Below, one piece after another: positions 25,152 to 38,871 of a stretch of 64,000 bases of DNA. The DNA lies in the NCBI RefSeq assembly GCF_009834535.1, contig NC_045696.1, positions 8,806,001 to 8,870,000 of the forward strand, given 5' to 3'. This DNA comes from Camelus ferus. Lineage: Eukaryota. Position 1 is the first letter of the stretch. Every line of letters begins with the position of its first letter. The position numbers and the translations under genes were made by a program. The notes beneath the pieces are model-generated. The model did not search any database. It saw only the letters and a program-made list of their open reading frames with translations, and was not told the DNA's origin.

Positions 25152-25609
25152 TAGGAAGCTTTTAATATTCATCTGGTATATCCGGGAGTCATTTTTATTT
25201 CACTAAGTAAATTTCATAGCTTAAGCTTCCCACCCCAACTCCCACTACATAGAGTGTTTCCTGTGGTCCCCGTGTGTGCCACCCCCCGCCCCCGCTCTTT
25301 TTCTCTCCATCCAGCCACCACACGGCTGCAGGCAATTTCATGACACCATGTTGAGAGGCTAACTCTGCTTTCACTGTAGGTGCCCATTATGAGTCGGCCA
25401 TCCTATTTCTAGGGTACTGTTTCCAGAAGCTTCCGAAGCTACAATGCGCAGAGTGCTGAGGCACACTGGATTCCATGTGGAGGGATAAACGGTCCCCCCT
25501 CTAAGAGCGTTGAACCTGTAAACGTGGAGGCCACCCCGAGCCCTGCCTGTCCCCAGGGACTGTCTCTCAGGTATGTCAAGAGCTAGTCAGCTTTTCTGGA
25601 GCCCGTGGG

Positions 25610-25910
25610 TCCCAAGGCCAAGTACTAAGCAGACCGGGCCTGAGAGCATGAGCGGAGCAGGCGGACGTGACCACAGGGAGGTGGCATGGTGGAGAGGCCC
25701 CCTTCTCTCCCCAGCACGTGCAACTGTTGCCTTGTGGGAATGAGGGCTTGGCACAGCCAGACCTTCAGAGACTTCATAAGGAGCCCGAAATCTGCATCTC
25801 TATGGAAAATACCTATATTCATCAATGTTGAAAACGTATGCAACCTATTTTCACACTGAAGGGCAAAGCGGCACACATTGGCAGCCAAATCCAGCTCAGC
25901 CCTCCGGGAA
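25610..25910 (+). mobile_element. MER102-like hAT-Charlie fragment
   Basis: 'cacagccagaccttcag...gagcccgaaatctgc...aatgttg...acactgaagggcaaa...cagccaaatccagc' resembles recalled MER102. Confidence 0.5.
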
Positions 25911-27610
25911 AGCAGCCCTGCACCGGGTCAGGGGCCGGGCCCTGCCTGCCACGGGCTTCCCCTCCCCCCACCCCCTAATTATCTCCCTGAAGGCCTCCTT
26001 TCCTGCTCCTTGGAACTAAATCTCCAAACATCCCTTTGTTTCTTTACTTTTGCACAACCAGAAATGTCTTTGTGGTGCTTGGAAGGGATTTCTCCCTCTC
26101 CCACGCCCACGGTCTCAAAAATCAGGAACCATCCACCTTGAAACCTGAATTCAAGGACTGATACGTGTTAAATACAGAGAAGTTCCAAACTTTTTCTGGC
26201 TTCTACCTTTGAGGACTCCGGTGCTATTGGCACCAAATTTTATGCAGGCGGTAAGCTCTCTGCTTCTTTTTCTTGTAAACTGTCCCAGAGAAGAAGCAGA
26301 CTCTTCCCCTCTCCAGGCCCTGCTCCCGTCTCTCATGTCCAGTGTGCGCACCGTGAAGTGAGGTCTCTTATCCAGCGTTTCAGCAGCGCACTTTACTGAT
26401 GCTCATCCTCCTCCCACCCTCCCGCCTCTGCCCATTATCCCCATCCACGGCCAACTGCATCGTGTCTTCTGTGGCTTCGCTCATTTTGAGTTTCAAGGAG
26501 GCATACCTCTAATGTAGTTCATGAAGGCTCTTAGCTGCCTAAAGTTTTCACATTTCTTCTGTAGCCTTTTTAAAAAATTTTGTCTTAAGGAAGAACACTG
26601 AGATTGATTTAAATAATTTCTTAAACATTTTTTTTTTTTTGCTCCTGGGGGTTAAATGAGCATAATAGAATGGAAAACTTTAGGAATGCACTCCTTCTTA
26701 ACTGCTCTCCTAAAGTATATGCTTGTTGGAGCCTCCAAATTCTGGAATTGCTTAATTCCCTTTTTCGTATGGGATATTATCCCATCCCCTTGCTTTTAAA
26801 CATGCAAAATGTTAGAGGAAGCCTCTTGAAAGCATCAAAAGAATTTGGCTCTATTCCAGCGTCAATGATCTTGAAAATCTAATTAAATGAGGTGCCCTTG
26901 ATTTCTCCCCTCCTTTATTCTCTCCATCGGGTTGGTATCCATTTCAGGGTAACTTTTTATTATTACTATTTAAACCTTTTCTCTCTTCTTTGTTCCTGCT
27001 GCTACTGCCTTGGACCTGTCCTGGATCAGCTCTCATAGGTCCCTACAACTGCCTCTTAGACTCCCTGACACGTCTTTATGGACTTCAATCCCATCTCCTC
27101 ATGACCACATAAGCCTGGTTATGTCAGCCCTGATGGGCTCCTTCCGTTGTTTCCTCATGGCCATCGTGAGAAGGACCAACCCAGGTGTTCTGTGATGAGG
27201 CCCTGGCTCCACTTGAAGCCCCACCGCTTGCCTTCCCCCAGTGCTTCCTTCTCTCCAGAGTAATTAATATCCTCAAGGAATTAGAAGTAAGCCCACTCTC
27301 TGAGAGTTAAGCTATAAATCAAAACAGAAGGGATGAAGACAGAAATCTTCCAAGGCACCGTAAGGAAAGGAAGCGGGTCACCAGCTGGTGTGCTTCATCT
27401 GGATGTAGTACGTTCAGAACAGTGGTCAGAGGAGAGCTGGTCACTCAATTTAAAACACAGAGATAAACACAGGATTATAGAGGTAAACTAGCTCATCGCT
27501 AATGGACTTCTAATTGCTCTAGCTTTGCCGTCAGCAAGTATATTTCTATTGTGATCACGACTAAATCACACTGTCTTGGCCCAGAGATACTGACTCCGAG
27601 GCTCGTCTGC

Positions 27611-27820
27611 CAGTGCTCTCAGCCAGGGGCGACTCAGCTTCCCTAGAGGGACATTTGGAAACACATGCGGGTATTTTGGTTTGTCACAGTGGCTGGGGGA
27701 TATTTACTAGTATCTTAGCAGCAGGGCCAGAAATACCAATGGTCCTGCAACACACGGGACATGCCCACACCATAAGGAACTGCACATGCAAAATGCCAGT
27801 GGTGCCCCCGCTGAGATCAT
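27611..27820 (+). mobile_element. MER20-like hAT-Charlie element
   Basis: 'cagtgctctcagccaggggcga...gggacatttggaaa...ggtttgtcaca...caaaatgccagtggtgccc...ctgaga'. Confidence 0.7.
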
Positions 27821-28260
27821 GAAGTCTTGGTTCTGATCTCAGCTTCCCGGTGTGGGTCTTCCTGCAGGAAGAGAGGATGGGCACTCTGGATTCACAGACT
27901 TCACGTCTCATTAGGTGGCTGGGAAAGATCTCTCCCTCCCACTTCAATGAAAAAGGCCCAAGGAAAAACTCCATTGGAGCCAGTGAGCAGCTTTACCAAT
28001 CAGTGTGGCCGCAGGGATGGATGCCATGTGTGCTCAGTTGGGGTTAGTCCATCTTGTGACTGTGACCAAGGTCTTTCCCCCAGGTGGCAAGGGCAGGGAG
28101 AGGAGAAAGCTGGGGGACCAGGTAGACACGAGGTAGCCAACACCATCTCTATAAAACCTATATTCTGACTTGAATTCTGGGTCACATCCTCCATTGTTCC
28201 AAGGCACTAAATGACCCTTAACAATGAGTCTTCTATTCAGTGTCAAAGATTCAAACCAAG

Positions 28261-28717
28261 TGTATGAGATTCCTAGGGCTGCCTTCACAAAACACCACAG
28301 ATTTGTTGGCTTAAAACAAGTGAAATTGATTCCCTCACAACTGTGGAGGCCAGAAATCCACAATCAAGGTATCAGCAGGGTTGGTTTCCTCTGAAAGCTC
28401 TGTAGGAGAATCTGTTCCACGTCTCTCTCTCAGCTTCTGGAGTCTGCTGGCATCCTTGGTGTTCCCTGGCTTGGGGCTGTGAACTGCCATCTCTGCCTCT
28501 GTCTTCTCATGGTCTTCCCTTTGTGCCCCTGTCCCTCAAGTCTCCCTCTCCTTTCCCTTTGTCATTGGATTTAGGGTCTGTTCTAATCCAGGATGATCTC
28601 ACCTTGAGATCCTTAACTGCATCCACAAAGACCCTATTTCCAAAGAATATCACACTCACAGGTCTGGTTGTTCGCCCTCGGACCTCTCTTTTCGGGGGCA
28701 CTGTTCAACCTGCTACA
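28261..28717 (-). mobile_element. MLT1C-like MaLR solo LTR
   Basis: 'tcctagggctgcc...ggcttaaaacaa...ggaggccagaaatcc...atcaaggtatcagcagggttgg...ctaatccaggatgatctc...ttcaacctgctaca'. Confidence 0.9.
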
Positions 28718-29409
28718 CAGAGGGGTCTGGTCATAGTTCCAGAAAGCCAAGAGAGCTTTTCTCTTCCTGCATGGCTAACCTGGTTCTCCAAAGTCATAAT
28801 CTATACCCGTAGAACTGAATCATTCATGACAAACACACTCTCTAAAAAGTAAAGCTTTTGAACAAATGTGTAGAGGGAGAAAATGAGCCCCAATTAAGCT
28901 CCCTTTTGTGACAAACCTCTTAGAAAAGCATTAACTCTAATCTTTAGTGAAAAGCATTGTAAAACAAGCCTGGATGGGAGGATGGTGTTTGAAATGGCCC
29001 AGGTTCCCTTTAATGGAACAAAGAGAGGCCCGATTTACTGTGATTACAATATGCTTTCAGCCACACAAGGAGTCAGGGTCAGAGAATTAAGTGAAACCAA
29101 CAAACCTGCGGCCAACTGTGGTTTTGTCTTCGGGAGACTTTGTGAATTATCAACAGCCGAGGAGATGGAAATGGTCTCTTTCCATTCATGATACCTTCAG
29201 AGTTTGTGTGAACCAGACTCCTTCTGGTCTTCAGAATACTTTCTTCCTTTCCCACCCGGTTTTTCCATTTTCTTCTTTTGTTGTTAGAGGACTGAGGAGA
29301 GGAAAAAGATTATGCCTTTTGTTGACACTATTGACAAGAACTCTCTCTTTGGTTAAGCTAAGAAATTAGCACACAATTCATTTTCTTATAAAAGCAATTG
29401 CAATATTCA

Positions 29410-30230
29410 CCAGATCTCTTCATGGCTTTCTCTACTCATCAGTCAGGGCTTGGCTCAAGGTCACTTCCCTCTATCTGAAGCATCCTCCCCACTGCCCTCC
29501 GCCCGTGTCCACCCACTGCCTACCAACATTGTCACTCATCCCTGCTTCATTTTTTTTCATGGCATTTATGATGTTTTATTGAGGATATACTGATTCGGCT
29601 GTGGCTTGTTTCCTGTCTAGATTACAAGCTCCAAGAAGGCAGGGCCTTTGATCATCTTGTACGCCCAAGTCCTCGAATAGTGCCTGACACTGTCATGGGG
29701 CTGTCAGTCAATATTCATGGAGTGGACGAGGGAGCGCACATGTGAATTCCTTTGGGTGCCAACTGTACTGATTCATTTTCTCCTTGGAGCAATGCTTTAA
29801 GGTGGATGCTGAAGTGAGTCAGAAGAGTCCTCTGGGGGAGAAGTGCAGTGGTTCAGAAACTAGAGAGGTAGCAGAAGACACCTGTGAGAGCACAGACGTT
29901 GGGTACCAATACCTTCACTGCCAGGTTCCATCTTGGTGCTGGGCCTCTGTTTGCTCACCTGTAAAATGGCAAGGCAATGGCACCTGCCTTGTAGTGTTCT
30001 TCTTATGACAGTGAAATGGCATTGCATTTGGTGGTAACAGAGCCTGACACATTGTAGGCACTCCATAAATATTAACTAGGATGGTGTCCCTTTTCCAGAG
30101 GAGGAAAGCAGACTTGGAGTGAGGTGACATGAGCAAGGATACAGAGGTACTAGGTGGCAGAGGCAGAATGTGAACCCAGACCTGGCTTCCCCTAGAGTCT
30201 GAGTCACATCTTAGCCACAGTGTTAATTCA
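29410..30230. mobile_element. L2 3' end (~29410-29730) followed by two oppositely oriented MIRs
   Basis: 'ctcaaggtcacttcc...acaagctccaagaaggcaggg...tagtgcctgacac'; 'gggcctctgtttgctcacctgtaaaatgg'; 'ttccagaggaggaaa...ggcagaggcagaatgtgaacccag'. Confidence 0.7.
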
Positions 30231-32499
30231 CTTGATGCATCTGAGGTAGACTGGAAGTAAACTAGGCTAGTGTCAAGGGAGAGCTAGAGCAGCCCGAAGG
30301 ACGGAGACTCAAGACGACAAATGACACTGCTACCCATGGGCCACCACAAAGACTGTGGTCAGCTTGGGGAAACAGTATTGGCCGAGGTGGGGAAATGCCT
30401 CCTAGCTCTGCAAGACAAAGTCTGAAGGCTTTCATTTGACTTCCCTGAGATGGAGATGCAGACACAACAGGAGCAGACCGACCGATGCCAGTGTAGCCAA
30501 TAAGCAGGTTTCATCAGATCCACCTTAAAAGATGGGAGAATGGCTTCGTTCAAGCCATAGTTTCGCATGATAAAAAGCAGAAGTCAACTGGATGACTGGC
30601 AGCATGGCTGACCGGGCTCAGCTACTGCTCCAGCCCGAGTCCTCCCTCTTGCCTTCAGCACGACACGTGTATATCTGCTAAGGCCCTTGGTCCACATCCT
30701 TCTTGATCATCTGCTTCTTAGTCTATGCATCAGCCGCGTCCAGGGGAGACCCCAAATACAGATACGTGGTTCTGTCTCCTCGACCTCACCTTACCTTCCT
30801 AGCTAATGTAATTTCTAGTAATTTCAATTTGTAATTGGAGCACAAACCAGTTGTACAGTTTTAGAACATGCTTAGACTGGAAATAAGGCATATGCTGGAA
30901 AATTTCTGAAATTTTCCTCAGTGGACCACGTACAATGCAGTTGTGATTCAGAACGAAGATTTCTGAGCCTCACAGTGATACTGCACTTCTTAGTTATCCT
31001 GCTCACCCAGGCTTTAGGATGTCTGGACCATTGCCATTAAGGTCTTGAAATCCAAGCCCAAGTGCTGGAGCCTCTTCATCTGTTGACCTTCCTGTCTTAT
31101 GTGTGGCTCTTAGAAATAAAATCTATCGAAGACAATTGACCAGCTCCTTTGCTATGACAGAGAGAGAAAAAAAATAATTTGCTTGTGTACTTGTTTACTT
31201 AGCTAATCTCTGGCAGTTCTGAAAATACCAAACTGGAAAATACATCACTTTCTTCTCATTGGTGACACAATTAAATAACTGCTCTGACACAAAGCAGCAA
31301 AAATAACTTGAATGGGTCAGTTTCCCAAGTGCTGATTTTTTAATATTCTACAGAAACATTAATGGGTTTCTCAGTTGATTTATTTTTATTTGATTTCTTT
31401 CTGTCTTTCGGGTCTCCAGAGAACAGTCACATAGTTTTCTTATGAACTTTGTTCACTGTAAAAAGAATCACTCATGTTTTCTCCCCTGGTTGTTGGGAGT
31501 TAATACTATTCTCTAAAATACAGTGAAAGTCCGTGTTAAGAAAACAGCAGTTTACATTTTCTCTTCACTTACACCTTTTCTCCACACACATTGTATAGCC
31601 TATGTTATAAATATCTTAAATTACTGCAACTTGCACTGTACTTAGTTTTTTTTTAATTCAATATATCACTCACTGCCCCATCAGTATTGTAGTGTTATTA
31701 TATTGTGCCTTAGAGAATATAACAGACAAAAGTTCTGATGCAAATTCCTACTGATTGTATACATTTGGGAGAACAGAGCCCTCTTCTAGCAAGTGCACGG
31801 TCAGGGCCTCCTGCATCAAGGGTAAAGGCCTTCACATGTTTAGAGAGACTCCCTGGGCTGCTGCCCAAACCAACGGTGAACACTAAGCTGGGAGACTCTC
31901 CTCCGTTAGGAAGCCCTCGGATTGCCGGGAATGAGAAAGTCCACACTGACTACTGGGTTCTGCTCTTTTGATAGGTTTTGTTATTGTTGATGGCAAAGTG
32001 TAGGAAGCTGCCATTTATTAAATCACTTCATTCTCTTTCCCAGCATCTGTAGCATGTTCCCCTTCAGCAAGAGACTGCTGACACAGGTAAATATTCTGTG
32101 GGCTAGATTGTGTTAGGAAGGAGATGTCCATCTAGGATAATGTTTGGGTACTGTGGCCTGGCCAAGTGGACACACGAAATACACCATGACGGGTGCCGAC
32201 CAGCTCTCCAGTGAAAGCACTGTAGACTGGACCGTCGATTGTCCTGGACCGTGCGCCTCCATGCGTGGTCTCCACAGCTCCTGCTGGGAGAGAGGCGTCA
32301 GCCCGCACAACCCAGGGGAAGGACGCTGCTTCTTTGCTGCTCTAGTCGGGTCAACACGTCTGACTTGACAAAGGGAAGAAATCAGAAGATGGCAGCGGCT
32401 CTAACACTGCAGATTGGAAGAAGAGGGGAGGAATAGCAGCTAGAAAGATGGAGGTAAATGTACGCCTGCCTGGGGGTGGGGTGAGAGGTGGGGTGGGGA

Positions 32500-32815
32500 G
32501 TACACTTTAAAGTGGAAAGAAAAAAACATTCTGCAACAGGTGAATCTCACTGACACAGCTGAGTGACAGAAGTCAGACGCACAAGCTACATATTCGACGA
32601 TTCCATTCCTATCAAATAGGCAAAATTGATCTACGGTGTCAGAAGTTAGGATGGTGGCTACCCAGATGGACTCTGGGGGGCCAGTCATGTTCTTTTCTTG
32701 AGCTGTGTGCTGGATACATGAGTGGGTTCTGTTAGAAAAACTCAAGCTGTGTTTATCATATGCACACTTACCTGTATGTATATTGTACATGCGAAAATGT
32801 ACATTAAAGAAACAC
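32500..32815 (+). mobile_element. L1ME-type 3' end
   Basis: 'tgaatctcac...agaagtcagac...aggcaaaattgatct...gaagttaggatggtggctacc...tatgcacacttacctgtatgtatatt'. Confidence 0.7.
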
Positions 32816-34479
32816 AAGTAGCAAGCAAATGAGAGCAGGGGCGGGAACGGAGGAGAGAAAGATGGGGGCAGAAGCAGAATTATACTGTCAAATCGTAGGC
32901 CGTCACATTACTTGTTTGTATCTCCTCTACAGTATTTAGATACCAATTATGCAAACTTTACAGAGCTACTATTTTCAGTTCAAGAAATGAGGAGACTTTT
33001 ACAAAGACTGACATTATCCATTTTTGACAGTCTGTCAGGTAACAGAACCACAGGACCCAGGAGGTCCTGGGCTGCAAAAGTTCTGGCTTTCACAGCCTTC
33101 AGCCAGCAAACCAAAGGCCTGTTCGGAGACAGGTTCATAAATGCCTCACCAAATTCCAGAACTCAGCTAAACTAGACAGAATTCTTTTATGTGGAAAACT
33201 GGAATACTTCCACACGAGCAGAAGCACTAGGCGAGCAAGAATAAAAAACGTGCACCTCATCAACACTCTTCGTAGCAAGAGTCCCCCGCCCTTCCTGGGG
33301 TTGACCAGATGACCTCAAAGCTCTTCTCTGCCTTGTGTTCTGGAATTTCTCCGTTTTCACCAGAGTGTATGAAAGACCCACTCAAACCATTGCTATAATA
33401 CAGTTTTATAACTTAGTGCTTTTCTTCCATTCTTAGCTTCTCCTTTAACAAGGAAAACAGAGACATCCATGCTCATAAGCAAATCACTGTTTTGTTTGGT
33501 CTGAAGTCAGATGGGAGGCCTCCAAGGAAAACTCCCTTTTAGCGTTTTCCAATTAGAAAGTGCTGTGCACTGCACGAAGAAACCATGTTCTTTCCCACTT
33601 TCCATTTACTTTTATTGCCATTATTTATCTGAGAGGATCATATTTCAAGAAAGACTCTTTTCCTAACCAATGGGAAAAAATACATTTCTTCTTAAAAAAA
33701 GAAAAAAATCCAGCAAACTCAGATCTAGTAGAATGTCTGTCATTTTCAACCCGTCACATTTTTTAAAGGAGTTTTGAATAAGTAGATATTAGAAAGAGTG
33801 GTAGCTTATAAAAGCAGCTTGCTGGATAAAGACCTGTTTGGAAAGGCTTTTAAAAAGTGCATTATTTACCCACTGGAGCTGTCAGGTTACCATGTTTACT
33901 CAAGGGAAGGCGGATTTTCTTTTCTTTTTTTTTTTTAAATCTGGCCTAAGCTTTTCTTAAAACAGGCTATTGACCGGAATCAATGCAGAGAGTGGTTTAA
34001 AAAGACACAGGACAGCCCAGCCTTGCTGGTACCTAAATGAATTGTCAGCCCAAGGTCATGCCCTCTATCAGTATCAAAAGCTATTTTTGAGTGGTTTATA
34101 TCCAATGTGAACTGCTGGAGGCCCAAAAGATAGATACAAAAAACTTTGGGATGGGAAGTCACTCCAAGTAGTCCCTTCAATTCAAAAGTTTTCCCTTTAA
34201 TACTCAAAGAGATAGGAGCACATTTTGAATCCCCAGTGTCACTGACTTTGATTATTAAAACTCTTGGTAATTACAATTCTGTTTATGTAGCTGATTGCTC
34301 ATATGTATTAAGCAAAATTGAATATGAAGTATAACATTTGTCCTGTTTTCTTTTCCATCTCAGTCGGGCAGACCCACACTGTAGTCTGTAACTTGCTCTT
34401 CTGTCAGAAGTGTCCAGAAGGTGTTCCAGAGAGCTCACATGCAACTTGGGACCTTGTCCCTTAGTGGATGTACCAGTCA

Positions 34480-34860
34480 GTGACTAGTGCACCATAAGCC
34501 TGGTTTGGCTGCTGTAACAAACAAGCCCAGAGTATCAGCAGCTTAATACCACCAAGGTTTAGTTCCTGGTCAGGCAAAATGCATCAGGGCTTTGGGAAAC
34601 TCCTCAAGGCAACTGTCCTCCACGCAGCAACCTGACAGCCCAGCTTGTGTCCATCTTGAGACTTGCCTGTGTCAACCCAAGGCCTTTTCCATAGCTGCTG
34701 CAGTGGGAAGCCAGAGGTACACAGTGATTGTCTTGTAACCCATTGAGCAGAACTGGTCCACATGGGTTCAACAACTGGAAATGACAAGAAACGAAGTGTC
34801 ATGCGCCAGGAAGGACAGAAGAGCCAAATAAAGGTGGAGCCCCAGGTTTTACCACTGTGG
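34480..34860 (-). mobile_element. Old MLT1 (J/K-like) MaLR LTR
   Basis: 'gctgctgtaacaaacaagccc...cagcagcttaa...ccattgagcagaactggtccacatgg'. Confidence 0.6.
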
Positions 34861-37031
34861 GAGAAAGGAAGCAATCTGCTTATTCACCTTTTAGATAGGA
34901 ACTGTGTGTGCGTGTGTGTGTGTGAAAGAGAGAGAAGGAGAGAGAGCGTTTGAGAGAGATGAATTGTATGAAGAGGGCAGTGTGATGGTGGGAGGAATTC
35001 TTCTGATCTGACAATGAATTTAAAGTGGTCTTGTGCTGAGGTAACGCATAAAGGTGGACCATGAAGACATGTGAGTAGTTACTAAAACACGGATGTAGCC
35101 AATTTAGATGATTATATTCTTATTTTTTGTGTTCATTGATTGAATGTGGGGTTTGCAGTGATATCTAAAACTAGAACTCTTTCAATGAAAAACCAACTTT
35201 ATATTAGTAGAGGAAAAAAATACCCAGGAAAGCACTCCCATTTAATTCTAAAACTGGTTCCCAAATGAGGCCAGATTCCCCCCCAGGGAGGATTTGGCAA
35301 TGTCTGGAGACATTTTTTGCTGTCAAAACTGGGAGTGTCAGTACCTCCATTTAAACGAACAAACAAACAAACCCAAAAACATTGTTAGGTTCAAGGCTGT
35401 GAACTTAGTTATCTCACTGTAGGTAGACCCTTCCCGGTTTAAGTTTCTCCATTCACTAAACAGTTAACTTCTTTTCATCCTTCATGTATTTAGAGATTAA
35501 TAAATAATAAATTAAACACATCAAAATGACTATGGGTCCCAGAAAAGCAGAATTTCTGTACATCTAAACTATAAACATTGAGACGTGCCTGGTGATGTCA
35601 CTTATTCATTCAACATACTTGCAGGCATTCCTCCGAGCGCCAGCTGTCATGCACCTGCCACGTGGAGGAGAGGAAGCACACCCAGGGACCAAGTCTGAAA
35701 CAAACGCATCCACAGATAATGCAATCGTGCTCAGTGGATATTACGGGGTGGGTTCATCCCAGGAGTCACGATCAGCTATGAGTGTGTGTCTGAGGGTACA
35801 ATATGTACACACACCCGTCAATGAAAACCAACATACTCATCCAAATATTTCAGTATAGCCACACATCCACATACTACATTCTGATGTACAATGGAATTAT
35901 GGTCTTCAATTCCTGTGTGGCTTTAGGGAGACTTTCTTTTATTCAAAGCAGAGAACCCATGGGGTTTATGTGAAGGCTCTGAGCATGGAGTGGCCCAATC
36001 AAATACTTAATACACTATCAAGGTCAAAAAGAGACACCAGGCAAGAACCACAGGAGATATAAAATGATACAGACAAACTGACTCCCCTAAGCATGGCTTG
36101 TGTGTGCCATGTTTTTAGATTTACACAATAAGCACTTTTTCAGTACCTACTGTGTGCAAAGCACAGGGGATAATATTATGAAATGGGAAGGGGGAAGATA
36201 TAGATGGCACTGTTTATGACCTCAAAGGAGAGATGGCAGACACGCAATGAGAAAGAGAGGGCAGTGGGGAAGAGAGAGCAGAGGAGTGAGGGCTGGCAGG
36301 TTGAGCCCACTGAGGACTGACTGGTGGAAAGTTCCGACTTGGGGATCTACTGGTGTTCACTTATCGGTGTACTGTCCACCCTTTACCTTGACTATCTTGT
36401 TCCTCACTGTAATCCCAGCTTCTGGAACAATGCTTGGCATGTAGTAAGTGCTCAGTAAATGATGGTTGAGTGAAAGAACACATGAATGGATGGATCTCAG
36501 TCTCAGGAGGTGAGGAGCAACTTCTCAGGCCTGGGAGACGCGAGCATGGCAGGGGAAGAGGCAGATCACAGGGAACGGCTCCCCTGGTGGAGGGAGCGAA
36601 CTCCACCTGGTGCCTCATGGAAGAGGGGGCAAAGTAAGGAAGGAGGGAATGACCTTCACCCGTCCAGAGGTCTTAAAAGACTGGAATTCAGAGAGGATAG
36701 AAGAGGATTGAGAGGACTGAGAAGGAGATCACACAGGCTCTGACCAAACAAGTGACCTACAGAGTTAGACTGGAGGTCTCAGTTCTGATGAAGCCCAAGA
36801 AATTAAGCAAACTGTGACTGTCTTTGAACAAGGGTCCCTGAATGCAGAGCAGGAATCTGAATCTGGCTTTGCAGTACCCAAGGATGTGATTCACCCTCAG
36901 GAAAAAGACATTCAATTAAATCTGCCATAAAAATATTCACGAAGTTTTTGGTAAAAGTTACTAGACATATTGTCCCACTGTGATAAGTCTCCCAAACAGG
37001 GGTTGGGACCACTGACCCTGTGAAGCAGAAT

Positions 37032-37113
37032 CATCATGTGTGTTTTGATTTACTGAGATGTAATTCACACAGCACATCATGTGTGTTTTGATTTACTGAG
37101 ATGTAATTCACAC
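37032..37113. repeat. Perfect 39-bp direct duplication (period 43)
   Basis: catcatgtgtgttttgatttactgagatgtaattcacac at 37032-37070 and 37075-37113. Confidence 0.95.
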
Positions 37114-37378
37114 TCTTTTAAAGTATCCAGTTCATCAGTTTTGAGTGCAACCATCACAACTATCTAATTCCAGAATGTATTTGTCCCAGAAAGAAACCCA
37201 TATCTGTTAGCAGTCATACCCCATTCTCCTCTTCCCCAAGCTCCTGGAAACCTTTCATCTTTTTTTTTTTTTGGTCTCTATAACTTTGCCCATCCTCAAC
37301 ATTTCAGGTAAATGGTATCATACAATATGTGGTCCTTTTTGTCTGGCTTGTTTCACTTGGCATAATGTTTCAAAGGTT

Positions 37379-37382
<4 letters not shown>

Positions 37383-37473
<91 letters not shown>

Positions 37474-37480
37474 TATATCA
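37383..37480. repeat. Long (TA)n(CA)n microsatellite
   Basis: Directly visible. Confidence 0.95.
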
Positions 37481-37533
37481 GTGCTTCATTTATTTTTATT
37501 GTCAAATAATATCTCACTGCATACAAGTTCCAC

Positions 37534-37924
37534 TACTATGGACTAACTGTTCCCCTCAAATTCATATGTTGAAGTTCTAACTCCCAGGACCTTTGAATGT
37601 CACTGTATTTGGAGATGGTCTTTAAAGAGGTAGTTAAGTTAAAAGGAGATCTTTATTTGGGGTTATAATTCCATACGACTTGTGATCTTATAAGAAGAAG
37701 AAATTTGAACACAGACATGCACACGTACGGAGGAAAGCGCACGTGGAGGACACAGAAAGAAGGCAGCCACCTGCAAGTCAAGGAGAGAAGCCTCAGAAGA
37801 AAGTAAACCTTCCAACACCTTGACCTTGGGCTTCTGGCCTCCAAAAATTGTAAAAAAAATGAGTTTCTGTTTAAAGCACTCAGTCTGTGGAATTTTGTTG
37901 TGGTAACTCTAGTAAATGTTTACA
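37534..37924 (+). mobile_element. MLT1B-like MaLR solo LTR
   Basis: 'ctatggact...aaattcatatgttgaagttctaac...ctgtatttggagat...ctttaaagaggtagttaagttaaa...cttctggcctcca...cagtctgtgg'. Confidence 0.9.
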
Positions 37925-38871
37925 ATTAAATTTTGTTATCCATTCATAACTGATGGGTGTTTGGGAATCAGATGTTTTTTTTCAGAAATATCCCATCTAG
38001 CTCTGACATGCCAGGTCCATTTCAGTATGTCTTGGGGGCTCTGGAAGCCCCCTCCATCAAGCCAGAGTCTGCAGGACTCATGGGGTGTAAGTTCCAGCAT
38101 GGCGGACTGCTTTTTAATCCAGGATGAAGGTTCATGGGCACACATCTGCATGACCATGAGGATGGGCACTGAGATTTCAGAGTCCTGGAAATGCCTACTT
38201 GCACAACATGTTTCTCTCACTGCCTTGGCAAGGTGCTACCTATATTCCTGCCTGGCTGTGTTTATTCCGTGAAGGCTCTGAGGGAGAGTAGCATCTGAGG
38301 TGTGTATGGGTTTCCAGGGAGCCTCCACAAAAATGTGTGTTCTCACGTGCAACAGGACTGTGCGCTGGGTGGACTCCTGGTCTCTCTCCAGCACTGACCA
38401 CAGTCAAGTTGATGACCATGTGGGGACGTCTGCCCAGTCTGGCCAAAGCAGGATAAGGCAGAGAACTGACCCTGAGGAGGCTGTGATACTCGGACGCAGA
38501 GACCTGGGCTCAGGACAACTGAAACGGGCACACGAAGCTCTGTGCGGAGGAGCGCGGATGGGTCAGCGCGGACCAGCTGGGAGCGCAGAGCTGAGAAACT
38601 GCAGCACAGCGCCCACTTCTCACCGATAGCTTTACAACCCGTTTTTGCTCATTTATAACCGCTTACTGTGTCGGTACGCATGCAAGAACACTGCCTCTGT
38701 CTGAACATAAATAATGAAGTCTATTATGCTCATTTGCAATTTAAAGAGAGATTGAGGATGAAAAGGCATCCCAGATCGTAAAGGAATTTCTCCCATTCCT
38801 TTGACCTGAGGCACAAACCGAGTTACCCAGACTTGACCGAGGATGATGACAGCTGCATACCTTTCTTATAT

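Larger units (their letters stand above)
37032..37990 (-). mobile_element. L1MB-type 3' end interrupted by a microsatellite and an MLT1B LTR
   Basis: 'actgagatgtaattcac...gtgcaaccatcacaactatctaattccagaa...catacaatatgtggtcctttt...ggcataatgtttcaaagg'; resumes 'ttgttatccattcat...tgatgggtgtttggg'. Confidence 0.8.

Noticed and set aside
38560..38615. REST/RE1-like site (tcagcgcggaccagc, cagcacagcgcc)
   Set aside because: Half-site spacing and sequence do not fit the RE1 consensus
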